This document shows, piece by piece, positions 12,141 through 25,870 of a stretch of DNA of 64,000 bases. The number at the start of each line of letters is the position of its first letter. The stretch's first letter is position 1. The position numbers and the translations under genes are program-made. Source of the DNA: Octopus sinensis (lineage: Eukaryota); assembly GCF_006345805.1 (NCBI RefSeq), contig NC_042997.1, forward strand, positions 94,240,001 through 94,304,000, read 5' to 3'. The notes beneath the pieces were generated by a model. The model was given only the letters and a program-made list of their open reading frames with translations. It did no database searches and was not told the origin of the DNA.

Positions 12141-12416
12141 ACATGACGAATAAAGAAATAAATTAGTAAATAAAGGTTTAGAAAACAAAAACACCTAAAT
12201 ACAAAACACGAACACTGTAGTAAGGAAACCCATATATACGCATACAAAACACATACTAAAGACATAGAAACGCACGCATACAAACACGCATGTGTAGATA
12301 AGGATACACACTACAGAAAGAGATAATGGACTAAACAGAACAAGGGGAGACACATGGGATGGAAAGTCGCTGAAGAGGTCACAGGCAGTGAGACGAAATA
12401 CTCCAAAGAATTTAAC

Positions 12417-12460
<44 letters not shown>

Positions 12461-13471
12461 GTGAAGAACGAGTATATAGTACGCGTGGTTAATTTGCCAT
12501 AGATATGACGAGCTCAAAATATAACAAACCTAGAATCTGAAACCTTTCGATTAATTAACGGATATAGACAAATAGATATGTTGTTTCTCATTTAATAACA
12601 TATCTCATGCATGAAACCTGACCAAAAACGTACCGAATATAAACCAGTGGAACAATATATATAAACCTTTAACCATGTCCCCAAAACCATGCGCGAAGGA
12701 AAAACACGAGCATTGCTCAATATCTATTAAATATATGCCTAATAATAAAAAAAAGTAGCCGAATAATTGCTTATTAAAAATATAGATAAAATAATGATAA
12801 AATAAAATAATGTAGATATGACAAAAAACTTCCGAATTATGAGAAATTAATAACATAAATGAAACGACTTAAGTGCAAACAAACTGTATAACTATTATTA
12901 ATCGAAGGCACGAAATACCTGTCACTTGGGAAAAATTCAAACTAAACACATAACTATTGAATAAACAAGTATATAAAGAACTAATATTTCTACCTAAAAT
13001 CTATAAACATTTAAAAATTATTAAAACAAATACATTGTAACGAAACTATTCATCCGTTTAAGATAACGAAATTTCACGTATTCTTCCGTTTAAGATAACA
13101 AAATTTCACGCGCTGCAAAGAAATTAACGTAAAGGCACACTTAAGTTCGAATACTAAAGCTTCCAGAATCTGAAAGACCGTTACCATTTAACAGGCGGAA
13201 GCCCATAATAACTATTCAACGGAAGTGATGTTAAACACAACAATAAATATAACAAACATACAAACTGCTAAACATCGATTTAACCTCCATCTTTAATTAA
13301 AACTAATTATTACTTCACACTTTGTTTAGCTGCAAGCTCGGGATCATTCTATACTTTCTCAAAATGTCATCATGTTTTCGCAAGCGACAGTTAAAACATT
13401 CAAGTAAACTTTTCTTAACGTAATCTTGTTTTTCCACCTTTCATTTAGACTTAATTCTATCTATCTATCTA

Positions 13472-15295
13472 ACGCAGGGGCAAATTATGCAGAAAATTTT
13501 CCACCCCTTGCTAATTGCATAATCAGCAACCATACACCTAATATACCCACAACCACCACCTCCACCACCACCACCACCAACATAAATGATAAAAATGAAA
13601 ATAACGCAAATACAATTAACAAAGACAACAACAACAACAAGAACAACAACAAAAATGAAATAAATATTTTACCATCAAATGGTGAAGATATTATCATAAC
13701 AGATTCAACAATACCTGGAAAAGCCACGTCCAAGGATATTTCGGATACAACAACAACACAAACACACAACGACAACAACTGCCAGAATATAAAAGTAAAT
13801 TTCGCTGACACTCTGCGTCAGAAAAAAGAAATTATACAGTTCACGAATGAAGAGTTGATAGAGACAAGATCACTCTTCACAACCCAAGGGCAAGATTTAG
13901 TATTGCATACACCTCAACACATAAAGGAACAAATAGAAAACCAAACAATTATATAAAAAATTAAAAAAATGAACAGATCACAAAAACGGACATTAAAAAA
14001 TGTGCAAAAAGCATAATGAAAGTAAAAGAATATATAAACTGGGGTCCCCAGTTTAATACAGTGGTGGTCCGCTTCCCTAACCAGGAAGTGGCAAAAGCTC
14101 ACTCTACCGAGTCTTTGGAAAATGACGAAATCATCATGGTACCTTACTACAAAGGCCAGAGAGTGAGTAGAATTACTATTAAAAAATGTACCCCCGCCCC
14201 GAGATTCCTAACAAATGGATAACAGGGGCAATCTGTTACCATTTGAAAACTATAAATATTTTAGAGACTGCCGTATACCTAAACGACAATTGGGGTGGAA
14301 AAACAATAGTAGTGGCCATCTAGATTGAGGGGGCCTCTATCGAGAACCTACCTGATAGGATCCACTTAGAAAATGGGCAAAGCTTATATGTTGTAGCAGA
14401 AGGCAAAAAGCCTAGATGCTACAACTGTGGCAGCTCAGAACATTTAATTGCCAAGTGCGTTCTGGCACAGAGAAAACAAGAAATAACAAATCAGAAAACA
14501 AACAAAAAACCTTTGTTGCCAACACCAACACCAACACCACACTCGATGATGGAATAATGCCAAGAAAAACAACAAACCAGCAAACAAACCCCAACAACAT
14601 CACCAAGAAAAGAAACAGCACCAACACTATCACCGTTGACGTTGCAACCAATTCAACATACTGAAACAAAACCAAAAGATAGACCAACACCAGCACCAAG
14701 GACCGACAACAAAAAAAAACAGAAAACAGTGACGAGAAGACAAATTCTACCCCTAACACCCCAACAACACAAACACCGCACGAAACATCAACAATTTCTA
14801 CAAATATACATATTAACGCAAATGCTTTGCCTTTACCCTCTTCTGATTTGTCGGACGACGAAAGTTCGACAGAATGGCAAATAGCCACCGGGGTTAAAAG
14901 AAAAAGATAAAAAGAACAAACAAGAAAACGCAACCAAAGCAAGGAGATACCTGAACCCCGAAAGCTCCACACACAACCAAACAAGCACCAACACCACAAA
15001 AACTCACACAATGCTATCAGCGATTGACACCAAAGACTCCAAACTAATGGAGTACATCACAGCCCACACAAACATCTGTGAAGATGACTTCAAAACTAAC
15101 AACCATCCACGCACTACACCACCCAAACACATCAAAATACTACACATCACACAAACACAACACCACACACTCAAAGCCCTCTTTCCAAATGCGGTTGGGG
15201 GGTTCCAAAAATACCTTTCACAAAAACTCTATAAAAACCTCCTCCAAGACACATCAAAGGACGAGGAAGCCAAAACTTTCGACACAAGTAAGTAA
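13472..15295 (+). pseudogene. LINE ORF1 (gag-like), broken by stops and frameshifts
   Basis: N-terminal YAENFPPL, central VPYYKGQR, zinc knuckle GKKPR-CYNCGSSEHLIAKC (CX2CX4HX4C, 14417-14458). Confidence 0.75.
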
Positions 15296-15345
15296 CTCTC
15301 TGTACCTTCCTTTTTGTGTTTTAAAGCACACACCCCAATAGAATC

Positions 15346-18300
15346 ATGGTGAAGATTGGTTGTGTGAATGCGCGTGGCTTGGGGTCTCCTTGGAAACAAG
15401 GATACCTCCTAAATGACATCAAGTCACACAATTTGGGAATCATAGCCATAAGTGAGACCAGACTCCACGAGACACGGGCCCTAAAGTCCATGTTTGGCGG
15501 ACAGTTTAACATTTATTTTGCTCCCTGTCTGCCGAGGATGGGCGGTAGTGGCACCGCGGTACTTTTTCACAAGAGCCTGGATCTCGAAGTCAAGACGATA
15601 TTCGTAGACCCGGAGGGTAGACTGGTCGTTCTGGATGTCGACGGCAGCAATGGGTGCGCTTTTCGACTCGTATCAGTCTACGCACCGCCTTTAACAGGTC
15701 GACCGGATTTCTTTCGACGTCTAGAAATATTCCTGGGAACGTCTCGTCCTTTACTCTTAGTGGGGGATTGGAATGCTACCATGGACACGCATCTAGACTA
15801 TGTGGGGAGAGACAAAAACAGAAGGGGATGCAAATGCCTCAGAGACCTGCTAAGACGATTCCAACTGTCTGACAGGTACCGACTCGACCACCCAAATGCA
15901 CCAACGTGGACATGGATCAACCGCAGTGGGTCGTCGAGATCGTATCTAGATAGGATACTGTGTAGGACAGTAGACAGGGATAACTTAGGATGTTCACAAT
16001 TCCACAAGTCAGCTACACGGATCACAAATTCGTGACGTGTACGCTAGACTTAGATAAGGCACATAGACAGGGTTACTGGAAACTGAACGCATCTTTCCCA
16101 TCCAGACAGGTTTTCAGAGACAGAATTAACACGTTAGTAAAAATGGCTTTAACGGGAGCCATTGTCAACAACAAATGGTGGTTCGCCTTCAAGAGAGCAG
16201 TAAAAGCGGAAGCAATTAGATATAGCAAGGCACTAGCCGTAGATAGAAATAGAGTGGAGGGTGAGTTAGTTAAGAAGTTAGAAGAGGCAATAAGAAGCGA
16301 CATCACATCCGACGTTTTAGCGGCGAGGTTGGCCCTTGACCAACACTTCAACGCCAAATACAAAGGGTGTGCTGTCAGGGCTAGGATGCGTGCTCTAAGG
16401 ATGGAAGGTGTTGGAGCCGCGAGGGAGGCCCGGGTGGCGAAGGCGCAGCAGGGCAACAAAGCCACCATTCGGTCTCTGGTAGATGAACAAGGGCGCGAAT
16501 TGCTCTAGCCCAGCAAGATGTGCGAGACATTTCAGCGGCACTTTGACCGACTGTACGGGACGAGTGGCGAGCGTGAACGCAGGGTGGACTTCAGTGCTTA
16601 CCTCCACAGCCTACCACGACTCTCGGCAAGAGAGGCAGAGTGCTGCGAAGGTGCCATCACGGCGGCGGATGTGCAGGAAGCGATGGCAGAATGCTCGGGG
16701 GACAAATCGCCGGGTTTGGATGGTCTGCCCTACGAGTTTTACAATTGTATGCCAGACTTGTTTGGAGACGTCTTGGCAGCAGTATACTGCAACTGGCAGC
16801 AAAACGGGAGCATACCCGGTTTTGTGAGTCGAGGAGCCGTAACGCTGCTGAAGAAAGATCCAAACAAGGGGAACATTATAGATAACTTTAGACCAATCAC
16901 TCTGCTCAATGCAGACCTGAAAATTTTGACAAAGGTGTTAGCCAAGAGGTTGGCGCTTGTCATCGAGAAACTGGTCGACAACGCACAAACGTGCGCCGTG
17001 CCGGACCGGAGCATCCATGACAACCTCCATCTGATGCGCTACATCATAGACAGAGTAGTTAAGGAACCTGGCATGGGAGGGGCCCTGATCAACTTGGATC
17101 AATCGAAAGCCTTCGATAGGGTAGACCATCGATACTTGGAGGCAGTCCTGAGAGCGGCTGGTTTCGGTCCCGTCTTCCGCGGCTGGATAGCTGCCTTGTA
17201 CAGAGGCATCCGTTCGGTAATTCGCGTAAATGGACATCTATCGAGACCTTTCGACATTGCACGTTCGGTCCGTCAGGGATGCCCCCTCTCGGCGCTTCTA
17301 TACGTATTGACTCTTGATCCACTACTGCGGAAGCTGGCGACTCTGAGGGGCATCCCGCGAGAATTGGGATACGGGACGAGCGTGTCTGCATACGCGGACG
17401 ACGTCACCGTCATAGTGTCAAGCCACGAGCACATCGAGCTGATCGGCGAGACACTGAAAGACTACGAAGCGGTGACAGGAGCGAAAATCAACCGGGAAAA
17501 GTCAGTGGGCTTGCGGCTCGGCACCTGGAGACGCAAGCCCATGTCGTCCACCAGTACCTCCGACGTGGGACGCTGGACGGACGGCCCGGTTGAGTTGCTC
17601 GGGGTCTGGTTCGGTCTGGTTCCTCCAAATGGAGAAGAACTGGAACGAGATAACGAGTAGGGTGGTCACTCTCGCCCGGCAATGGGCCGAGAGGAAACTG
17701 TCCCTAAAAGGTCGGGCGGAGGTGGCGAAAACGTACATCGCGTCCATCATCTACTACTGCCTGATCGTCGTACCTTGTCCCGACCCTACCATCACCAAAC
17801 TAGAACGCATTCTCTTCCGCTTCTTGTAGAAAGGATGCGTCCCGATGGTCAGGCGATCCATTTGCTGTCAACACCCGTTAAAAGGAGGGCTGGGCATGCC
17901 GTGGTTGATGATGCGCAGACACGCGCTGAGACTTCGACATCTCCGGCTCTATATAGACGACGGTGAACAGGTGTGGTCGCCGTTTGTGAGGCACGCGTTC
18001 CCGCAGCTCGTCTCCATGACCGAACTGCAGTCGTGGATCAAAAAGAGGCCGAGGAAGGGCGAATGGCACCGCGGGTGTTGCGTTGCTCTCAAGCAACTCT
18101 GCCGTCCCGGGTCGACCTTGAGTGACTTCAACACAACCAAAGCATTCTATAGGGGATTAGTACGACGACAATCTTGGGGCAAACCTGGGCGTTGACGAGG
18201 AATACCTGACCCGCCTGTTTGAAACGACTTTTGGGCCGGGACCTATGGACAACTTCCAGAGATCCCTGGCCTGGGGGTGCTACCGAGAAGCGCTACCCGT

Positions 18301-18766
18301 TCGGGATAAGCTCTATAGGCATGGCTCGAGAAACACGGGGCCGACCTGCCTGAGATGCGGTCAGAGCGACGAAACCGCTCTGCACGCAATCGTGCAGTGT
18401 CCAGCAATTTCTGACCTGTGGGCTTATGTCGAACGACTGCTGTCACGTGTGGGACGTGTCGGTTTATCAGCCGAGTCTATCGTTAATATCGTCACGCCTC
18501 TTTCCTTCAAACGGGAAGGAAGAGCTATTTTTATCATACTTGTGGCTATGGCGAAAGAATGTATCTGGTGGACGCGCCTGAAAGGATTAGAGACAAACAC
18601 TTTCCTCTCTGGTCAATCTCTCATCAACTTCTTCAAGTATCACTTGAAGAGGAAAGTGAGAGTAGAGAGGCAAGTTTTTGTCTAGTGAATGTTTTAAAAA
18701 ATGATGGGTGAATGTAGCATGGATGACACGTATAAATGACGAAGCCACCTTGACTATGATTCTATG
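15346..18766 (+). pseudogene. LINE ORF2: apurinic endonuclease, reverse transcriptase and C-terminal CCHC finger
   Basis: APE motifs VNARGL, ISETR, GDWNA, YLDRI, TDHK; RT motifs KSPGLDGL, FRPITLLN, DQSKAFDRVDH, RQGCPLS, YADD (17391-17402); CLRCGQSDETALHAIVQC. Lesions: frameshift near 16010, TAG 16506, frameshift near 17620, TAG 17827, frameshifts near 18165 and 18680. Confidence 0.95.
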
Positions 18767-19139
18767 AACCGTAAAAATTAATACAGAGAGGCTTATTTGC
18801 AAAAAAAAAAGAAATATAACATGTGACTTCATTGAACGAGGTTACCGTGGTCTTTTCCGTAGGCTTTTCTTTCCACGGGTAAACCTCACCTGTCCCCCCC
18901 TTTACACTTCATATTGACATTTCTGTGGTAACGATCCCTATTGATCAATTTTTTTTTCCTTTCCCTTTCCCCCCTTTTTTATTTTTAAACTTTATTCTCC
19001 CCTTTTTTTGTCCTCTTTCTTTCCCTTTACGATCCCTTTTGATCGAAAACCAAACCCCCTTTTCTTACCCCCAAAAGAAAAGCTCTACCTTGTAATTTGT
19101 CCTGTCTGTGTACAGCCCTGTGTGGCTAATAAAGAAACA

Positions 19140-19140
<1 letters not shown>

Positions 19141-19200
<60 letters not shown>

Positions 19201-19289
19201 GCCTGTCTGTCTGCCTGTCTGTCTGTCTGCCTGTCTATCTATCTGCCTGTCTGTCTGCCTGTCTGTCTGTCTGCCTATCTATCTATCTA

Positions 19290-19362
<73 letters not shown>

Positions 19363-19405
19363 GTCTGTCTGTCTGCTTACGTGTCTGTCTGTCTGCCTAC
19401 CTACC

Positions 19406-19441
<36 letters not shown>

Positions 19442-19500
19442 CGTCCGGCTGTCTGTCTGTCTAACTATCTGTCCGTCTATCTACCTATCAGTCTTTAAAT
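19141..19500. repeat. (ATCT)n/(GTCT)n compound microsatellite at the LINE 3' end
   Basis: Directly follows AAAGAAACAT. Confidence 0.95.
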
Positions 19501-20343
19501 ATAGATTTTATCCCAGTCTCTACTGGGTTGTTTGTCTTCCAAATCTATTTCCCGCACTTTGTGTACGCATGCCTTTACACTCACTATCTCTCTTTCTCTA
19601 CCGCTGTCATATTATCTCTGTATCACGTAGAGTATTTTTCAGTACGTCAGTTCACCACTATCTCTCTCTCTCTCTCTCTCCCTCTCTCTCTCCCTCTCTC
19701 TCTCTTTTTGTTCTGCGTGAATTCTCAATCAATTACTCTCTTTTAACCTGTCTCACACCCACTCTCAATATTTCGCTTTCCACTACCTTTCTCTTCGAAC
19801 TCTTCCCTTTTGCATGGTTCCACACATTAATACATTAATTGACACACTTCGACACACTTCGACACACTCACTCACTCACTCACTCACTCACTCTCTCACT
19901 CACACACATACATACACATTGTGACACGTCTACATTGATCTTACTTGCACTCACTATTCATTTCGATAAACTTGGAAGATTAAACGATTCGTCTGTAATG
20001 AAATGTTGAAAGAAGATAAATTCGCTGGCCGGTATTCAGTGAATTAAGCTGGGTGTTAGCTTGTAAGCAGACATCTAACAGCTATATCTTACAGCTTCCA
20101 TTTCTTGACAATGTGACAATCGCATACAATCGGACCAACATATGAGAGATAAATTTGTTGAGATGAGCAAGGTAGTAAGAGAGACGCATAGGCAGACGTG
20201 AAGTTAAATAGAGATACATACAGTAAGAGATAAATACATAGAGTTTGATAGACAGATAAATAAATCGATATATACACAGTGTTGGCGATATCGATAACAG
20301 GAACGAGTACAATCATTATCTTCATCTATTAGAGGGAAGAGAG

Positions 20344-20400
<57 letters not shown>

Positions 20401-20610
20401 TGTGTGTGTGTGTGTGTGTATGTGTGTGTGTGTGTGAGTATGTGTATATATATATATGTGGTGTGTGTGTGTAAAGAGAAAGAGGGAGAGAGAGAACGTG
20501 TGTATGTGCGCGCGTGTGTAATTTAAAACCACAACAATACTAGAATTTCGTTCCTGTGCTCTACTCTAGAAAACGCTGCATCTAACAAATATAGATGATG
20601 TTACAAATTA

Positions 20611-20654
<44 letters not shown>

Positions 20655-21109
20655 TGGTGGTGGTGGTAGTAGTAGTAGTTGTTGTTGTAGCCGTAAGATG
20701 AATTACAAAGATGAATGACAAAGTTGAACTCGGTGGCATTTAAATTCAGAACATAAAAAGGCGGAAAAAATTCTGCCTAGCATTTTGTCCGTTGTGCTAA
20801 CGAGCCAGCACATCCGCCCATTTCGTTTATTGGACACAAGGGCCGCAAAAAATATTTAAGGTAATACGAGGATAAAGGACAGTTCACATTAATAAAACAA
20901 AATCTCAGTAAAAACCATTATTTCATATCCATATTGTGCAATGAAATAATGGTAATAATATACTGTACGGAAAGATCTCAAACTCCACACAAAAGATGCA
21001 GGATGGAGAGGTGGAGCAACTAAAGGCAATCCATCGGTAATGACAGAGGGTTCGTTTATCGCTAAGCATATCAGACTTTCGCAATCATCTCATGAATGAT
21101 GGAAAAGAA

Positions 21110-21400
21110 TAACAGTGCAGAATCAGTGAAAAGTGTAAAGAAATCAGCGACTTCATTGCCTTTGGATGCGCAGAAATAGCAGAGGCCAAATACATCCACA
21201 TGCGTTTCAAGGCTACAGCATACCGTCTTTCAAAAGCTGCAGGAGTTACGAGATCAAGACGACTGAGAAGTGATACAACCATCAGACAAATGTAGACTCG
21301 GAGCAGAACAAGGTCAAAATCTTCTGGAACATCCACACCGACAATAGACATAAATGTCAATGAGCCTGACATTGTTAACAAGAACAGAAGAAAGGAGGCC
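21110..21400 (+). pseudogene. Decayed C-terminal (CCHC/restriction-like endonuclease) fragment of an R4/Dong-like LINE
   Basis: CRISEKCKEISDFIAFGCAEIAEAKYIH and NKVKIFWN..TDNR..NEPDIV resemble the R4-clade CR.C....H...GC..KILWD..TD...RPDI region. Confidence 0.55.
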
Positions 21401-21424
21401 TACTAACTTTAGCTAAAATACATT

Positions 21425-21915
21425 AACACTCCAAAGACACAGATATTGTGTTTAGAGCCAGCTAGAGACGAAGATCTATTGGGGCTATAAAGCTACAGTA
21501 ACAACCCCCTCCCCAATGTGGTTAGCCATGATAAGATGGCTTCTATACTTTACATTATCGAGCGATTACTGTTTCAATCTTATTCTGAGATTTAATTATG
21601 CTTACTGTTCGTTTTTCGACATCAGTGGCAGACGCCATTAGAAAAACTTATATCTGTTTGCAAAGGAGCTTTCACTTCCATCGCTACCTGGTGGTTGCCG
21701 CCCGTTGACGAGGGACAAACATCCCGAAACTAGTTCGAGCGTATCACTCAGGCTTGCGAGGAAGGGATGGCCTCCCTTTGCAAACACTCCAAAGATACAG
21801 ATATTGTGTTTAGAGCCATCTAGAGACGAAGATCTCTTGGGGCTATAAAGCTACAGTAACAACCCCCTCCCCAATGTGGTTAGCCATGATAAGATGGCTT
21901 CTATACTTTACATTA
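21425..21915. repeat. 133-bp direct repeats (21425-21557 and 21783-21915; 358-bp period) flanking a hammerhead-like motif
   Basis: The two copies differ at 3 positions by eye; a diverged inverted relative lies at about 48825-48905 (GCCAGCT..GGGGCTATAAA). Confidence 0.85.
21699..21741 (+). ncRNA. Minimal type I hammerhead-ribozyme-like motif
   Basis: CGCCCG-UUGACGA-GGGA(CAAACA)UCCC-GAAAC-UA-GUU-CGAGCG: helix I 5/6 bp, helix II 4 bp, palindromic ACUAGU helix III; core position 3 is U rather than C. Confidence 0.55.
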
Positions 21916-22710
21916 CCTCAGTTAAGTTCTTCATAAAAGAGTTGGATTTATGGCTCTGCCACTTAAATTGCCTCTTCCTCTGTCTATAAATAGATAAATT
22001 CTTAGTTGTCTCCACTGAACTTAATAGAATAAACCCCCTCCCAAATGGTAAATCTAAATAACAAAGAAAATTCAGTGATAAGAAATCTACCCATGAGTAA
22101 AGATCATTTACTATCATGTTTCTATTGATGAGATTCACCTCTCTGTCTATATACCTACCCTCTTTGTAATGTTGGCAAATGGAATAAGTATAAAAATGAA
22201 CATCGTCAATTTAATTTAAAAATTCCATATGTGGCTGAAGATTGCTCTACATTTTAAAACTGATGTAATACTTACATTGTTTAATTAAATGAAGTAGCAT
22301 GAAACGATTGTACTGCACTAACTTTGGATATCCTTGTTGCTTATTTTGATTATAATCACCCCATTTGATTTATATGGATAATACCATACCAAATTCTGGT
22401 GCCTTTAACTTAAGTACCATATTCATCTGAATTTTTGCTGAACTTATATATATTAACGTATAAGTTATTAGATTGTCAGTTGAATCACTAATTAATTTAT
22501 TGGTTACATATATATTTAGTAAGAAAAAGAAGGAAGGGGATTTCGATTATCCCCACGTTGTGAGTTGTAGTGCAAAAAAATAAAAAAAAGAATATATTCT
22601 ACTGGACATAAAAGAATTCTCAAACGTAGGATGGCTGTGAATACGGCTCACCATCGAAGAAAGGCACACACACGCATAATGTATGTATATATATATATGT
22701 ATATATACAA

Positions 22711-22790
<80 letters not shown>

Positions 22791-25704
22791 AAATGTACAA
22801 ATGATGCATTTAACACAACAATATTTTTCACGCGGTGTAAACAAGCGGGCAGAGACCGACACTAAAGAGAACCCGCGCGCACATACCTGCATAAATGCAC
22901 AAAAAGCTTCACTCAGAGACACGCACGGAATTTCGTGGAGCTTATGTCCACCTAATTTTACTCAGAGTATTGCTAAATCTGATACATGTGTGAAGATGTC
23001 ATGCAATGGGAACGAAACTGGAACTAGCGACCTTGTTTTCATGCGAATCTGTTTAACCACACAGCTACGCTAGCACCTATGTCTCCAATGTGGAATAGAA
23101 ATAGATAAATCCTCCTTTAAAAAAAGATGTTTTTATAAAATTCCCTGATTGTAATGTTGTACGGTAATAATTTATTGTAATAAGCACTTTAATGACAAAT
23201 TCAAAACTCTACATTTTTATGAGACCAGGACAAAATGAAATATTCATGTTGTGTGTAAACTACCGTAAATATTTCATTTGATCAACTCAGAATTTTATTA
23301 TTTCTGTCTGAATGTGTACAAGTATTGATTAATCTGTGAATAAAATATTTTAAAAGAAATCCAGGTCATTATCAATGAGCAAATTATAATTTTACGCTCT
23401 TTAGCAATGCTCCTTCTCTGAATCTGCTCGAACCTCTTTGTTAGAAGCTTCACCGCATTTCTTTTTTCATTTTGAAGGACCATCTAAACAAGATCTGATG
23501 TATTTATTTCTTTTGTTGCTGATAGTGAAATTCTTTGAATGACAGTTCCTGCTTTATAACAACATCTCATAATTTAGAGAGAATAAATAAATGTCACGTT
23601 CCAATAAAAGATTTCTTTTGATAACTTCAAATAACATGTTTTTTAAAAATTACTTTTTAGCGCCCTTTGAAGATCATAGAAGTGAAGAAATCTTACATGC
23701 TTTGATAAAAAGCATTATTATAAAAGTTTTAGTTACTAGGAGTCATAATTTTCTCTTATCTATAAAACACAAATCCTTCTTTACCGGAATAGGTTATTAT
23801 TATTGTCATTTATCCTCGGTCGCAGACCTTGCTGAAAATACTTTGTTCAAAATATCCTTCCTCTTTTAGGTGGTGGAGAGATTTGTTATTTATGGCAGGA
23901 TAAGCGACCAAATTGATGGCTGTGGAACGCATCTTTCAACTATGCGACTGCCTGTCTCCTATCCTTGATATTAAGCTGAACATGTATGTATATCTGTTAA
24001 TGTTATCTGAAGGTTATGTTATCCTACAGTATAAAATACTGCTATTTTATATAGAATGAAAGCCTCAAATATAACCGAAGGGCACATCTGATTAAATCGC
24101 TCTAAAATATTTGGTTGTAACTTTTATTTTATCAATCTTCGAAAAGTTAAGTTAACACTGATCGGATTTGAACTCAGAACTTAAAAATGACCCAACAAAT
24201 ATCTTAATATATTTAAATCAGATGCTTTAAAGATTCTGCCAATTCATAATCCTACTATATCACAATTTCGTTATCATTTATATAACTTTATCACTTACAT
24301 AATCATTTCGGATATTTCATAATATTCACTGCTATTTTCATAAAGTGTAAATATTCGTCTCTTCTTGTATGATCACAAATTTTCGTCTTCTTCAAAAGGC
24401 TCTAAACCAGTATTTAAGAAACTTATGCTATTCAAAGATATCAAAAAAACTCTTCTCTTCTTTTCAAGGTGACAGTTATTTATTCCGTCTAGACTGAACT
24501 ATAAAGTAGCTAGAAAACAGAAAGTGTTTAGTGTTATTGAAAGACTATAAAAACATGATAAAAAGAACAATAAGCCACAACTAAAAAATTCTCTTCACAT
24601 GTCTTACAGGAAAAAAAATACAAAATGAAGGAACAAAACTGAGATTAAGGAACCAAAATAGGCGCAGAAATAAAAGTAAAGATAAACTGATATAAGCAAA
24701 ACATTTCATTACTATTTAAATAAAATAGTGATTTGACAGCAGCAATTTTAAGAAAATTCGTTAATATCTACGTCGAATGTTTGCGATTCGTTGTAAACAA
24801 AGTATGAAGTTTTCCGGTGTTCCTTCATTTCCAATCTTATATATGTATATATGTGTATATGTATGTTTATATGTGTGTGTATGCACGTATGTCTATACGC
24901 ACACGCACGCGCGCATACACACATATATACTATCACACACATACACGAGATAAAATAAGAGTGAAATGGTTCATGCTGATGGTTGAAAATGTTATAGATA
25001 AAATGATTGCGTAATAGTAATAGTTAAATGCTTGTTCTCCACAGAGGAAACAATGTTAGAGTGTTAATCGCATTCGTGATCTTATTTCAGGGCGTCATTG
25101 AAATACTGACATTGGTAATAAAAATCATTTGTGATATTGAATACGATAGTACTATTTGGCATTCAATCGATTTTCGCGAGGAAAAGTACGCGACAAAGAT
25201 ATAGTTGAAAATTCATCGACAATGGAAGAGTGAGTTGCGTGTATGTGTTTCGCATACATACCGGTTAGGTTTTTCTTTTCAGCAGCTACGAGTTATGCAA
25301 CTGCATTCTGATTGAAGATTTACCTTTCTCACAAGCGTAGGTCGACAAAAGAAACGTACAAGTAATGGAAGTATTAAATACTGTGGAATTTTCACAATAA
25401 TTCATAAATAAAATTTGAATATGTCAACCAGTGGTGTACATATAACTAAAATACTCCAGTAGGGAATGTAAGGAAATAAAGGATAAACGATATATAGAGA
25501 GCTCAAACTAGAGAGAAAAAGAAAAAGAGACAAAAATATCACAGAAAAAGAAACTGTATGATGCACCGCAATATATGCTCATGATAAAACACGGGAATGA
25601 GAAGAATTAAAAAAGAAACTGTAAAGCCGACATCAAATTATACAATTACATTTATAAATGTTGATTTCAAATTTTGATACAAGGCCCGCAATTTCATGGG
25701 AGAA

Positions 25705-25870
25705 GGTAAGTCGATTACATCAAACTCAGTGCTCAACCGGTACTTACTTTATCGAGCCCAAAGAATGAAGGGCAAAATCAACCTCGGTAGAATTTCAACA
25801 CAGAACGTAAAGTCAGAAGAAATGTCGCCAAGCATTTTGTCAATGGCAGTAATTATTCTGCCAGCTCGAC
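25705..25870 (-). mobile_element. SINE family A, degenerate
   Basis: Reverse complement gives GAGCTGGCAGAAT...ATTTCTTCTGACTTTACGTTCTGTGTTGAAATTCTACCGAGGTTGA...TGATGTAATCGACTTA. Confidence 0.7.

Larger units (their letters stand above)
13472..19140 (+). mobile_element. Near full-length Tx1/L1-clade LINE, mutated; (TCTA)4 at the 5' junction, (ATCT)n after the 3' end
   Basis: ORF1 remnants with a CCHC knuckle, ORF2 with APE-RT-CCHC, pyrimidine-rich 3' UTR ending GCCCTGTGTGGCTAATAAAGAAACAT followed by (ATCT)n. Confidence 0.93.

Noticed and set aside
12380-12425. CTGAAGA..GTCAC..GTGAGAC-GAAA downstream of the second PLE
   Set aside because: Helix II is imperfect and there is no convincing helix I or NUH; at most a decayed ribozyme.
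21908-22138. Minus-strand ORF ending at an apparent donor GAG|GTAATG
   Set aside because: The donor is supplied by the end of the 133-bp repeat and the peptide is unrecognised; too weak to call an exon.
25310-25355. CTGATTGAAGA...GAAACGTA, loosely similar to the Neptune ribozyme
   Set aside because: No pairing for helix I or II could be built.
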